From Burkholderiaceae bacterium (lineage in GTDB: Bacteria; Pseudomonadota; Gammaproteobacteria; Burkholderiales; Burkholderiaceae_C): 64,000 bases of DNA. Of this stretch, positions 17,173-27,349 are shown piece after piece. Made by a program: the position numbers and the translations under genes. Below the pieces are notes generated by a model. That model was given only the letters and a program-made list of their open reading frames with translations, was not told where the DNA came from and did not search any database. The stretch covers positions 1,422 to 65,421 of the forward strand of contig DATMIN010000106.1 in the NCBI GenBank assembly GCA_035554275.1, given 5' to 3'. How positions within the stretch are numbered: the first letter of the stretch is position 1; every line of letters begins with the position of its first letter.

Positions 17173-17396
17173 ACCGATGCCGAAATGGGGTGCAAGGGGT
17201 CGCGAGTTCGTCGGCCTGATCGTCGGCGGGAATCTGGCGTTCAGTTCCAAGTGACTGCATGCTGTCGCGCCGGTTCATTGGGGAGCCGGACTTTTGCGAC
17301 GCGAACTGCGTGTCGTCAAGGGGCGCCGATCTGTTGAGGACTACCCGAGCTCGCGGACATGCGCTCCGCGGCCGACTCTGTGAAGAGGCGACGACT

Positions 17397-20300
17397 TCAT
17401 TTGAAATCCCGGCTCGCCGTCGCCAGTCGACCGAGCATCGGCGTCAAATCCTCAAGCCTCCCGGCGATCAGGTTCTTCACGTCGCCTTCGCGCTGCCAAG
17501 TGCCGTGCACCGCCATCAGCCGGGACTTCAGCAGCTCCTTGCGCTGAGCATCGCGCAGCGACTTCCAGCAGATGACCTGGACCACGCCGGTCTCGTCTTC
17601 GAGCGAGATGAAGACGGTGCCGTTGGCTGTCTCCGGCTGCTGGCGCAGCGTGACGATGCCGCAGTAGTGGACGATTCTTCCGTTGGGAAGGGCGTTCAAC
17701 TGCTCGGCCGTCATCAGCTTGCGCTCGTTCAACTTGTCGCGCAGCAGCGCCATCGGATGGCGCCGGAGGCTGAATCCGACGGTCGCGTAGTCGAACAGGA
17801 TCTCCTCGCCCTCCGGCGCCTCCGCAAACTCCAGCACGTCCTCATCGAACGTCGCCTCGCGCAGCAGTTCCGGCGTTTCCCGCAGCGCCGCGGCGTCCCA
17901 CACCTGCTGCCTCCGGTGTCCGGACAGACTCATCAATGCATCGGCCGCGGCGAGCAGCTTCATCTCCGCATGCTCGACACGGGCTCGCCGGGCCAGGTCC
18001 TCCGCGGAGTCGAACACGCACTCGCGCCGCGCCGCGACGATGCGCTCCATCGTCTCCGACGCCAAGCCCGAAATCATCCGCAACCCGAGTCGCACCGCGG
18101 GTCGATGCCGAATGTCCTCAAGAGTGCAGTCGACGTCGCTGAGCATCACGTCGACCGCGCGCACCTCGACACCATGTCGCGTCGCGTCCTGAATGAGCTG
18201 CGACGGCGAATAGAACCCGAGCGGCTGAGAGTTCAGCATCGCTGCCAGGAACTCCGCGGGGTGATGCCGCTTGATCCAGCAGCTGGCGTAGACGAGTAGC
18301 GCGAATGAGGCCGCGTGCGACTCGGGGAACCCGTATTCGCTGAAGCCGTGGATCTGCTGGTAGATGCCCTCGGCGAACACCTTGTCGTAGCCGCGCGAGG
18401 TCATCCCCATCACGATCTTCTCGTAGTAGCGGTCCAGACCGCCCTTGCGTTTCCAGCTCGCCATCGCGCGTCGCAGTTCATCGGCCTCGCCCGGCGTGAA
18501 GCCGGCCGCCAGCATGGCGATCTGCATCACCTGCTCCTGGAACACCGGAATGCCCAGCGTACGACCCAGTGCTTCCTTCAAGGCCTCGCTGGGGTAGCTG
18601 ACGGGCTCCTTGCCTTGCCGGCGGTTCAGGTACGGGTGGACCATCTTGCCGACGATCGGTCCGGGCCGGACGATCGCGACCTCGATGACCAGGTCGTAGA
18701 AGCAGCGCGGCCGCAGCCGCGGCAGCATGCTCATCTGCGCCCGGCTCTCGATCTGGAACACGCCGACCGTGTCGGCCCGGCACACCATGTCGTAGGTTTC
18801 GCTGTCTTCGGCCGGGATGTCCTGCATCTCGAACAAGTAGCCCTTGCGGGTCCCGATGAACTCGAGCGACTTCCGGATGGCGGTCAACATGCCGAGCGCG
18901 AGGCAGTCGACCTTCAGCAGGCCGAGCGCATCGAGATCGTCCTTGTCCCACTGCAGGACCGTGCGGTCCTTCATCGACGCGTTCTCGATCGGCACCATCC
19001 GCGACAGCGGTCCCTTCGTGAGGACGAAGCCGCCGGTGTGCTGGCTCAGGTGGCGCGGGAACCCCAACAGCTGTTGCGTCAGGTGCAGCAGCTGCCGGAC
19101 TTGAAGATCGTCGATCGCAAGGCCGACCTCGGCGAAGCGCTCGCTCATGACTTCGCGGCCGTCCCACCAGGTGTGGTTCTTGGCCAGTGCGTCGACAGTC
19201 TCCAGAGAGAAGCCCAGCGCCTTGCCGACGTCGCGGATCGCGCTCTTCGGCCGGTAGCTGATCACGACGCCGGTGAGCGCGGCGCGGTCGCGGCCGTACT
19301 TCGCATACAGGTACTGCAGCACCTCCTCGCGCCGCTCGTGCTCGAAGTCGATGTCGATGTCCGGGGGCTCGTTGCGTTCTTTTGAAATGAAGCGCTCGAA
19401 CAGCACGCTCATGCGCGCCGGGTCGACCTCGGTCACGCCGATGCAGTAGCAGATCACACTGTTCGCTGCGCTGCCCCGGCCCTGGCACAGGATGTGGCGC
19501 GAGCGCGCGAACGCGACGATGTCGGCCACCGTCAGGAAGTAGTGCTCGTACTTCAGTTCGCCTATCAGCTCGAGCTCGTGCTCGATCTGCGACTGCACCT
19601 TCGCCCGCATGCCCTTCGGCCAGCGGCGCCCGGCACCTTCGTAGGTGATCCGGCGCAGGTACGACGCCGGCGTCTCGCCAGCGGGAACGACCTCGTCGGG
19701 GTACTGGTAGCGCAGCTCGTCGAGACTGAACACGCAGCGTGCTGCGACGGCGAGTGTTTCGGCGAGCAGGTCTTCGGGGTAGGTCTGCGCGAGGCGCAGC
19801 CGGGTGCGCAGGTGCCGCTCGGCATTGGGCTGCAAGTCCAGGCCGCATTCGGTCAGCGGCTTGCCGACGCGCGTCGCGGTCAGCACGTCCTGCAGCGGCT
19901 TGCGTGAGCGCACGTGGAAGTGCACGTCGCCGGCCGCGACCAGCGGGATCGCGCTTGCGCCGCTGACCTCGCGCAGCCGATGCAGCCACATCTCGTCGGT
20001 GAGGATGCGCAGCAGGTCGACGCCGAACCAGCAGCGGCCGATGAAGTGATCGAGCAGCCACTTGGCGACACCGACCAGTTGTGCCCGTTCGGCCATTCGC
20101 TTCGGCGAGGCCAGCACCACGCAGTCGGCGAGTTCGTCGCCGCTGATGTTCGAGATGTCGAGGTGGTACGTTCCCTTCGGCGCCGCGCGCCGCAGCTTCG
20201 TGATGAACTGCGACAGGTTGCCGTAGCCGTGCAGGTTGCACGCGAGCACCGTCAGCTCGAACGGTGTCGTGTCGGTGGAGGATGCGATGCCCCAGTCGAC

Positions 20301-20516
20301 CCGGAACTGTCCGCCCACCAGCAGCTTGAGCTGCATCTTCTTCGCGGCTACGTGGGCGCGCACGATGCCGCTCAGCGAGCATTCGTCGGCAACGGCCAGC
20401 GCGCTGTAGCCCAGTTGCTTCGCGCGTTCGATCAGCTCCTCGGGCTGGCTCGCGCCGCGCAGGAAGCTGAAGTTGCTGACGCAACGCAGCTCGGCGTAGT
20501 CGGGGATCGTGGCCAC
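17397..20516 (-). CDS. dnaE2: Error-prone DNA polymerase III alpha homologue
   Basis: PHP domain SNFSFLRGAS; PPDIDIDFEH; GRGSAANS; C-terminal SRDF; in operon with imuA and imuB. Confidence 0.97.
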   Translation of the reverse strand: MATIPDYAELRCVSNFSFLRGASQPEELIERAKQLGYSALAVADECSLSGIVRAHVAAKKMQLKLLVGGQFRVDWGIASSTDTTPFELTVLACNLHGYGNLSQFITKLRRAAPKGTYHLDISNISGDELADCVVLASPKRMAERAQLVGVAKWLLDHFIGRCWFGVDLLRILTDEMWLHRLREVSGASAIPLVAAGDVHFHVRSRKPLQDVLTATRVGKPLTECGLDLQPNAERHLRTRLRLAQTYPEDLLAETLAVAARCVFSLDELRYQYPDEVVPAGETPASYLRRITYEGAGRRWPKGMRAKVQSQIEHELELIGELKYEHYFLTVADIVAFARSRHILCQGRGSAANSVICYCIGVTEVDPARMSVLFERFISKERNEPPDIDIDFEHERREEVLQYLYAKYGRDRAALTGVVISYRPKSAIRDVGKALGFSLETVDALAKNHTWWDGREVMSERFAEVGLAIDDLQVRQLLHLTQQLLGFPRHLSQHTGGFVLTKGPLSRMVPIENASMKDRTVLQWDKDDLDALGLLKVDCLALGMLTAIRKSLEFIGTRKGYLFEMQDIPAEDSETYDMVCRADTVGVFQIESRAQMSMLPRLRPRCFYDLVIEVAIVRPGPIVGKMVHPYLNRRQGKEPVSYPSEALKEALGRTLGIPVFQEQVMQIAMLAAGFTPGEADELRRAMASWKRKGGLDRYYEKIVMGMTSRGYDKVFAEGIYQQIHGFSEYGFPESHAASFALLVYASCWIKRHHPAEFLAAMLNSQPLGFYSPSQLIQDATRHGVEVRAVDVMLSDVDCTLEDIRHRPAVRLGLRMISGLASETMERIVAARRECVFDSAEDLARRARVEHAEMKLLAAADALMSLSGHRRQQVWDAAALRETPELLREATFDEDVLEFAEAPEGEEILFDYATVGFSLRRHPMALLRDKLNERKLMTAEQLNALPNGRIVHYCGIVTLRQQPETANGTVFISLEDETGVVQVICWKSLRDAQRKELLKSRLMAVHGTWQREGDVKNLIAGRLEDLTPMLGRLATASRDFK

Positions 20517-20523
20517 GGCGTTC

Positions 20524-21852
20524 TCAAGCGAAGACGCCGTGGACGAACCACTGCGTCTCGTCGTTCGCGAGACGCGTCTGGAACACCCACAGGATGCCGG
20601 CGTGCTCGCTGAGCGCGACCCAGTAGTCGCGCACGACGTTGCGCGTGGCCTGCTCGCCGTTCTCGGTCGTGCGGTCCCACCAGCCGCCTTCGACCCGGTG
20701 CGGGCCCGCCAGCAGCTGCAGCAGTCCCTGGTACAGCGGCCGATCGCCGCGCATGGCGAGGCGCAGCGGCTCGTCGAACACGAAGGTCGGCTGCGGGATG
20801 TCGACCGAGCGATTGAGCTGGCGCGGCCGGGGTTCGGGCGCCGGTTGCCAGTGTGTCATCCACTCGATGCGGTCGTCCTCCTTGATGACGGGGTGCAGCA
20901 CGCGATCCGGGCCGAGCCGCGCGGCGATGCGTTCGAGCACGAGGGCGAGGCTCTCGCCGGCCTGCTGCGGTTCGGGGAACAGCGTCGTGCTCTGTTCCTG
21001 CAGCGACTGAACATCGACGGCGACCAGTTCCAGGTCGCCCACCGGCGCGAGCAACTGGACCTTGGCCAGGTGCTCGGCCAGCAGCCGTGTCAGGTGCTCG
21101 ATGTCGCGCGTCGGCTGCGCGGTCCGCACCGTCATCTCGCCGCCTTCGCCGGCCGACTTCGAGCGCATCGCGTCATGGCACCAGCGCAGCGTGAAGGCGC
21201 TGACGCCGCAATGCCGGGCGGCGAGCCAGCCCGACATCTGCAGCATCAGGCGCCGCGCGCCGAACAACAGGGCGGGCGCCAATTCGACGCGTGCCATCAG
21301 TTCCAACTTCGCGCTGAACGTATCAGGCAGCTCGGCCCAGCGGTGCGCTTCGGGCCGCAGGCCGTAGGCCTGGTCGAGCGCGCCCAGCAACTCGGCGTCG
21401 AAGCGCCGGCTGAGGCCGCCGCGAGGCAGGGCACGCACCTGCCCGAGGGTCCTGCAGCCCAGGCGGACGAGAGTGGCGTGGTGCGCTGCGACGGCCGTCA
21501 GCGTGTCGACGGGCAGGGCGTCGAGCAGTTGATCGAGCGGCTTTGCGAAACCGTTCGACTTGCCGGCGCGGGCGAGCGCGACAGCGGCGAGGCTGGTCGG
21601 CGCCCAGCTGAGCTGGCGCACGCCGAGGTCACCGGCCTCGTCGCCGACCCGTACGACGAGCTTGCGCTTGCCGCCGAACAGGCGGACGCTGGCCTCGACC
21701 TCCATCACGACGGCCGGCGATTCCGTTAGCGGTTCGATGACGGCGACGCGGGGTGTGAACTGAAGGCACCAGGTCGCGAGTCCCGATAGCGCCTCAGTGC
21801 GCCGTGACTCGTCGGACGGGAGCTTGTCGGGGAGCAGTGCCGCCCACAACAT
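20524..21852 (-). CDS. imuB: Y-family polymerase-like ImuB
   Basis: FTPRV, RLFGG, GPHRVEGGWWD, RDYW, WFVHGVFA motifs. Confidence 0.93.
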   Translation of the reverse strand: MLWAALLPDKLPSDESRRTEALSGLATWCLQFTPRVAVIEPLTESPAVVMEVEASVRLFGGKRKLVVRVGDEAGDLGVRQLSWAPTSLAAVALARAGKSNGFAKPLDQLLDALPVDTLTAVAAHHATLVRLGCRTLGQVRALPRGGLSRRFDAELLGALDQAYGLRPEAHRWAELPDTFSAKLELMARVELAPALLFGARRLMLQMSGWLAARHCGVSAFTLRWCHDAMRSKSAGEGGEMTVRTAQPTRDIEHLTRLLAEHLAKVQLLAPVGDLELVAVDVQSLQEQSTTLFPEPQQAGESLALVLERIAARLGPDRVLHPVIKEDDRIEWMTHWQPAPEPRPRQLNRSVDIPQPTFVFDEPLRLAMRGDRPLYQGLLQLLAGPHRVEGGWWDRTTENGEQATRNVVRDYWVALSEHAGILWVFQTRLANDETQWFVHGVFA

Positions 21853-22666
21853 GGGGTTGGTCCTCGCGCTGGCCTTCGGCGACGTGGCGCGAAGCGATGA
21901 GTCGGCTCGGGGTGCGCAGACGCGGCGTGATGATGGACTCCAGTCCGCCGGGCACCGAGCGAAGTGCGATGTGGCCTTCGTGGGTTGGTCCCTTGCGCTT
22001 CAGCAGGTGGACATGCAGTTCCCAGTCCAGGCCGAACCCAAGCTGAATGCGCAACGGCGCGGCCGACGGTTCGTGTTCCGCAGCTGCCGGTCGGCACAGG
22101 AAGACCGGACCGTCGCAGGCCTGTGCGCACACCTGAAGGCGCCTAATCTGCTCCTGGCGTGCTTGAGGCAGCCACGACACCAGCAGGCCCGCCGCGTTCG
22201 TCTTGATCAGCTGTTCCGTCACCCACAGCCGCTCGGCCGGCGCGTCCGCCTGGATCCAGACGAGATGGCGCTCATCGAGCCCGGCGTACTTCAGGCCGGG
22301 GAGGTGAGGCGACTTCGGTGGGCCGACGACGACGATGTGGCCGCCGGCGGCCACGACCTGGCGCATCGCCGGCGCGAGCAGGCGCCACTCGGCAACGGTC
22401 GGTTGCGGCTGCAGGATCTCCGTCAGCGAATGGCATGGCCATCCGGCGCCGGGAAGCTCGGCATCCAGCGCAGCAAACCCGCTCGAGATCACCGAGGTGA
22501 CGGGCGAACCCAGTTGGTCGGCACGCCAGATCGCCGCCTCGATGTCGGGTGGCAGCTCTCCCGGGCGCGCCGGTGTTCGGCGCCCTCGAGTGCGGTGCTG
22601 TGACGACGGAAAGGATGCCGGGACCGGCTCCTCGTCGTCGCCAGCCCACTCCAGGACGGCGGCCAT
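21794..22666 (-). CDS. imuA: Translesion synthesis protein ImuA
   Basis: SGFAALDAELPGAGWP, RRLQV motifs; first gene of the SOS operon. Confidence 0.93.
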   Translation of the reverse strand: MAAVLEWAGDDEEPVPASFPSSQHRTRGRRTPARPGELPPDIEAAIWRADQLGSPVTSVISSGFAALDAELPGAGWPCHSLTEILQPQPTVAEWRLLAPAMRQVVAAGGHIVVVGPPKSPHLPGLKYAGLDERHLVWIQADAPAERLWVTEQLIKTNAAGLLVSWLPQARQEQIRRLQVCAQACDGPVFLCRPAAAEHEPSAAPLRIQLGFGLDWELHVHLLKRKGPTHEGHIALRSVPGGLESIITPRLRTPSRLIASRHVAEGQREDQPHVVGGTAPRQAPVRRVTAH

Positions 22667-22681
22667 GCGAGGCTCCCGAGA

Positions 22682-22701
22682 TACTGTATGGGCATCCAGT
22701 A
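22682..22701. promoter_or_regulatory. LexA (SOS) box upstream of imuA
   Basis: TACTGTATGGGCATCCAGTA = CTG-N10-CAG with TA flanks, 15 nt upstream of the imuA ATG. Confidence 0.88.
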
Positions 22702-22908
22702 TTACACTAAGTTCAACCCTCGGCCAGTCACCCCGGCGCGGGGTCGTGAATTTCGGCTCAGTGCGGGCATCGCGGGGCAGGTTGGACGCGTGCGAAGACG
22801 ACCGCCCGAAGGGCACACGATGGCCGACTGACGATATGCGCGACTGTCGCTGATCGACCCTAAGCGGCCGTCCGTTGCCACGCAGTGGCGTCCCGGGAGC
22901 GGACGGTC

Positions 22909-22986
22909 AGCCAACGTTCAACATGAGCGGCGGCCGGAAGCAAGCGAAGCTTGCTGGAGGACGTCCGCTCGATGGAGGGGTTAAAC
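22909..22986 (-). repeat. Orphan integron attC site
   Basis: Minus strand GTTTAAC-CCCTCCATCGAGCGGAC...GCCGCTCATGTTGAAC-GTTGGCT; same family as the 33-38 kb sites. Confidence 0.85.
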
Positions 22987-23005
22987 GTCGGGACGCATCT
23001 CCGAA

Positions 23006-23065
23006 TCAGCGCGCGCGCCGGTAGTGCATGGCGACCGCGCCGCTGCGCAGCGGCTTCGACGAGAT
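23006..23065 (-). pseudogene. 3' remnant of a cassette gene (ISSKPLRSGAVAMHYRRAR*), resembling DHFR/RibD-C family C-termini
   Basis: Stop 20 nt from the attC R'' site; only about 19 codons look coding; family call from recall. Confidence 0.45.
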
Positions 23066-23350
23066 TTCTTTCCCTCGCGGTCTACATCGCCTGACGGAAG
23101 GGATGAAGTGATGGCGCGGGCTCCTGGACGATGGCGCGGTCGACTGTGCCCCTGTCGCGCTGCTCGGGCTGCGCTCGATAAGGCTACAGCCGTTACCGGT
23201 CAAGGCCCGAGCAAGCAGGCCTTGATGGACAAGCGGTGCGCAAAGAAGGGAGCAGGACCCTAGCGCACTTTCCCGAGGGATCGGGCACCGTCTCGCCGGT
23301 CACGCTCACCGGCCAGGAGCAGCGGCGGTTGTTGAGGCACGTGGTGCGGT

Positions 23351-24472
23351 TCATACAGGCTGCCAAGGTCCCGGCGTCGATGAAGCTACAAATAATCTTG
23401 GGACTATGCATTCAAGGGCTGAACCAAGTTTTAGTTCAATACACTGTTGAACGTATGAAACAAATACTGTTGTCGCCAACGGAAGGCCTTCTCCGGAAGT
23501 AAAAATCAGAACCAAAGAAGTTGCGACCGTCGCGTCAACTATGCAATCCTTGAACACCTTTTCCGCGACCATCATTATGGCCTTGGGTGCGACGACTGCC
23601 CCAATCAACCGCTGGTCGGTTTGGCGAATGCAAAGCTGATACCAAACCACCTCTCCGAAATCCACTCCACAGATGAACACGCGATCGCGATGCTCCTTCA
23701 ACATGAACTCAAGAATCTTCCACGGAAGGATCTCATGCTCGGTATAGACTAGATCCTCACACGTGGGATTGTCTTTCCGCACTTCATCGACGATGACTTT
23801 ATCTCGGTCTGCAGGGTCAACTGTTGGCGTGGTTCGAGTGGGTAACTGAGACTTGCAGCTTATGTGAATCTGCTCGAGGAGTTTCGCTGTGTAGATTCTC
23901 TTACCGCCTGCATCGCGCTCGTTCTCTATTGTCTTAACGAACTGGGTTGCCTTGTCCGACAGGAACTTCAGGCGGTCGGTCAATTCCAGCTTCAACACCA
24001 AATCTACTTGAAAATCTTGGAGCGCCACCCCGCTCCGGAGCAAATCCATTTCCGCTTGATCGACGCTTGGCAAATCTAGAACAGTTCCGTTGAATGCGTT
24101 CAGCAAGTTTGCTTCGACAGTGGGGTCGATGCCGGGACGGCATGACAGGAGCGCCTGCACAAGTACGTTTGCCTTCGCATAGCCAAACTCTTCAATCTCC
24201 ACCTTGCTAACAAAGCGACCCGACCTAAGAGAGACCTCGACATACCGCACCTGATACATTGGTAAAGTCGCGTTGATGGGCACTACCGCTGTCACATCAC
24301 GAGGCGTACCAACCGACTTGTAACCGTGGGCAATCCGCTCCACCCTCTTCACATCAACCTCGCTGTAGGTCTGCCCATACGTGCGAACAAAATCGCAAAC
24401 CGCAGTTGAACCAAGGTCTGGGTAGAAATGACGATTTACGGGCACGGCGCCTCCTTGTGGTTTGAGGATCAT
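23351..24472 (-). CDS. Hypothetical protein (373 aa), low GC
   Basis: Long ORF in an AT-richer island; no motif recognised. Confidence 0.75.
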   Translation of the reverse strand: MILKPQGGAVPVNRHFYPDLGSTAVCDFVRTYGQTYSEVDVKRVERIAHGYKSVGTPRDVTAVVPINATLPMYQVRYVEVSLRSGRFVSKVEIEEFGYAKANVLVQALLSCRPGIDPTVEANLLNAFNGTVLDLPSVDQAEMDLLRSGVALQDFQVDLVLKLELTDRLKFLSDKATQFVKTIENERDAGGKRIYTAKLLEQIHISCKSQLPTRTTPTVDPADRDKVIVDEVRKDNPTCEDLVYTEHEILPWKILEFMLKEHRDRVFICGVDFGEVVWYQLCIRQTDQRLIGAVVAPKAIMMVAEKVFKDCIVDATVATSLVLIFTSGEGLPLATTVFVSYVQQCIELKLGSALECIVPRLFVASSTPGPWQPV

Positions 24473-24542
24473 TGTGGGCCCGCAATCGGTAGTTCAGCAC
24501 ATTTAAGTGTGGGCACCTTTGCGAAGCGGGCACATCACCGAT

Positions 24543-25115
24543 TCAGCTCGCCGCCGAACATGAGTGCAACTGCTCCCGTTCCCGCCTGAGAAGCCCGTAC
24601 ACCCAGGAATCCGATACCTCGCCATCCACGATGCAATCTTCTCGCAGCGTGCCTTCGCGGACAAACCGGAGCTTTTCCAGCACGCGGCTCGACGCCGTGT
24701 TGCGCGTGTCGGTCTCAGCCTGAACTCGGTTCAGGTCCAGCGTGTCGAAGGCCCACTGCAGCAAAGCACCCGCGGCTTCGGTGGCAAAGCCTTGGCCCCA
24801 TGCCGCGTCATCGAGGCAATAGCCCATCGTCGCGCTGCGATAGTCTGGATTCCATTTGACCAGGCAGCACCAGCCGATGAACACACCGTCGGCGGCGCGC
24901 TCGATGGCCAGCCGCGCGCCGGTGCCTTCCTGCTCAATCTGTCTGCAAACCGCGATGAAGCGCTCCGCTCGCGTGCGCTCCTTCCAGGGCGGTGAGTCCC
25001 AGTAGCGCAACACGCGTGGGCTGCTGTGCAGCACGAAGATGGCGTCCGTATCGTCTTGCGTGAAAGGGCGCAATCGCAGGCGAGCGGTATGCAACGTCGG
25101 GGTTGGCAAGGGCAT
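24543..25115 (-). CDS. GNAT/RimJ-like N-acetyltransferase
   Basis: TARLRLRPF, WGQGFATEA, NTASSRVLEKL motifs. Confidence 0.92.
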   Translation of the reverse strand: MPLPTPTLHTARLRLRPFTQDDTDAIFVLHSSPRVLRYWDSPPWKERTRAERFIAVCRQIEQEGTGARLAIERAADGVFIGWCCLVKWNPDYRSATMGYCLDDAAWGQGFATEAAGALLQWAFDTLDLNRVQAETDTRNTASSRVLEKLRFVREGTLREDCIVDGEVSDSWVYGLLRREREQLHSCSAAS

Positions 25116-25168
25116 TTGAGCAGTGTGTCTTGGTCAGGCTCGGTGTGCACATAGGTAGAGCAACGCCG

Positions 25169-25447
25169 CTAGCGCTGCGGCTTCTTTGGCACACGCTTGC
25201 TCGCACGATCGGGCGGTTCTTCGGTCAGCGGCTTGGTGGCGGACTGCCGCTTCTTCAGCAGAGAAGCATTCAGGGCGACGGCCATGGCGGCGTCACCGCT
25301 CAACAGATCACGCCAGCGCAGCTCGACCTGGGGCGATCGCTTGCCTTTGCCAGTCAACCGAAAGCCATCGGGATCGAGAGCGACGGTGTAGTCCACGCCG
25401 TCCACGCTGACTTGTCGCTTAAGTTGCTTGTCGAGGACTGTGACCAT
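25169..25447 (-). CDS. Conserved-looking small hypothetical protein (92 aa)
   Basis: MVTVLDKQLKRQVSVDG...WRDLLSGDAA; good codon bias. Confidence 0.65.
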   Translation of the reverse strand: MVTVLDKQLKRQVSVDGVDYTVALDPDGFRLTGKGKRSPQVELRWRDLLSGDAAMAVALNASLLKKRQSATKPLTEEPPDRASKRVPKKPQR

Positions 25448-25789
25448 GTGAGGCGTACTCCACTGCGTGAGACGGTGCGTACATCGTACGTCCGGCGGGG
25501 ACGTCCGACGAGAGACACAGCGGGGGCCCACCGCGTCAGCTCACCTCGCGGGTCAGCTTCGCGCGCCTCTCGAGTTTCTTCGCGCTCGGCTCGGCCTGCG
25601 TGAACCATCCGGGCGGGATTTTGCCGGGAGGCACGTGCGTGCTCAATTCGCTTGAGGCCGGGACCGAGGCGGCGATCGCGTAGACGTGGCGTATGGGCCA
25701 CCGGCTCGCTGAAGCTGCCTGCAGAGCAGGGCGGCCCCACTCTTGTCGTGCGCTTGCGCAGCCCTTCTCTTCGCGCGACCCTACGGCCC

Positions 25790-26101
25790 ATGGCAACACC
25801 CATCTTCGTCAGCATCCCACACCAGCTCGGCCGCGCCGAGGCCCGTCGCCGCATCGAGACTGGCTTCGCGAGCATCGTCCGCCAGCTGCCCGGCAGCGGC
25901 AGCACGTGCATCGAACGATGGGACGGCGACCGGATGACGTTCCGCGTCACGGGGCTGGGTCAGACGGTGTCTGGCGTCGTCGACGTGCTTGACGCGGCAG
26001 TGACGATGGAGATTGAGCTGCCCGGCATCCTCGGCTTGATCGCAAGCGGCCTCAAAGGGCGGCTCCAGAAGGCGGGGCAGCTGCTGTTGATAGAAAAATA
26101 G
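25790..26101 (+). CDS. Polyhydroxyalkanoic acid system family protein
   Basis: SIPHQLGRAEARRRI...WDGDRMTF pattern. Confidence 0.8.
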   Translation: MATPIFVSIPHQLGRAEARRRIETGFASIVRQLPGSGSTCIERWDGDRMTFRVTGLGQTVSGVVDVLDAAVTMEIELPGILGLIASGLKGRLQKAGQLLLIEK

Positions 26102-26382
26102 CACCGGCTCGGTCGACCAAGCCCGATGATCATCGCGGCTTCGATGACCGCTGACGAACGGTGTTCCCTGCTTCTTGGCCGAGGGCGCGCCGCTGCGGTC
26201 GAGAGGTACGCAGCGACAGATCCTTTTCGCGGTCCATGCATCCACGGTCGGGTTCGCCGCGAAAGCGGCTGCCCAGCCCGGCGAGCAAATCCGGTGTCTC
26301 GTCGGTTCACCCAAACGCACCGTGCGTCTTCCGTAAACTGCGACCGAACCCAAACTTTCGCGCACGTTGTCAGGATCACCCC

Positions 26383-27342
26383 ATGTGCTACTCGGCTCAG
26401 GTCTGGGCGGACTACCGCCGCTACATCCGCGACTTCGGAGCAGAACTCGACATCGAGGAGTTCTACGAGCTGTTCTGGCGTCGCACGACCGATCCCAAGG
26501 TCAAGATCCCGAAGGCGACGGATGCCGCATTCGCCGAGCCGAAGACCGACGCAGAGCTGAAGATCAAGTCCGCGATCGACACGTTCGCTGCGGCCGAGAC
26601 GGTCAAGTTGGAGCAAAGCGTGTTCGAGCAGCGCAAGCGCCTGGCGGATGCCGAGCGAACGCTGCAGACGAAGCCGACCAAGGCGGCCGCGAACAGCCAG
26701 CGCATCGCAACCGACAAGATTGCCTGGGCGATGGGAAAGCTCGCGGATCTCAAGCGCCCGGAGCTGACGGACCTCGACTCGAGAATCTTCCCGGGCCACT
26801 ACGCACCGGTGATGGTGATGGAGAACGGACGGCGCGTGGTCAAGCCGATGCGATATCAGTGCCGGCCGGCGGGCAAGCCGGCGTTCTACGACACGAAGTT
26901 CCCGGGGACGTACAACGCGCGGCGCGACAACCTCGAGGGTTTCTGGAAGGAGCTGTTCGGTTACTCGCACGGGATCGCGGTGCTCAACGCGTTCTTCGAG
27001 AACGTCAACGAACATCGGGCCGAAGGGCGTGAGCTGCGCGAGGGCGAGGAGGTGAAGAACCTGATCCTCGAGTTCAGGCCGAGGCCGACGCAGGACATGT
27101 TGGTGGCCTGTCTGTGGTCGCGCTGGACCTTGCCGGGCGAGCCGGATCTGCTGTCGTTCGCGGCGATCACCGACGAGCCGCCGCCCGAGGTCTCGGCGGC
27201 TGGGCATGACCGCTGCGTCATTCCGATCAAGCCCGAGTACGTCGATGCATGGCTCAATCCTGATCCGAAGAATCTTGCAGCGCAGTACGCGATCCTCAAC
27301 GATCGGGCGCGGCCGTACTACGAGCATCGGCTCGCCGCCTGA
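26383..27342 (+). CDS. SRAP/HMCES-family abasic-site protecting protein
   Basis: Catalytic Cys2 (MCYSA), YNARRD, FFE, GHDRC motifs. Confidence 0.92.
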   Translation: MCYSAQVWADYRRYIRDFGAELDIEEFYELFWRRTTDPKVKIPKATDAAFAEPKTDAELKIKSAIDTFAAAETVKLEQSVFEQRKRLADAERTLQTKPTKAAANSQRIATDKIAWAMGKLADLKRPELTDLDSRIFPGHYAPVMVMENGRRVVKPMRYQCRPAGKPAFYDTKFPGTYNARRDNLEGFWKELFGYSHGIAVLNAFFENVNEHRAEGRELREGEEVKNLILEFRPRPTQDMLVACLWSRWTLPGEPDLLSFAAITDEPPPEVSAAGHDRCVIPIKPEYVDAWLNPDPKNLAAQYAILNDRARPYYEHRLAA

Positions 27343-27349
27343 GATCGCG

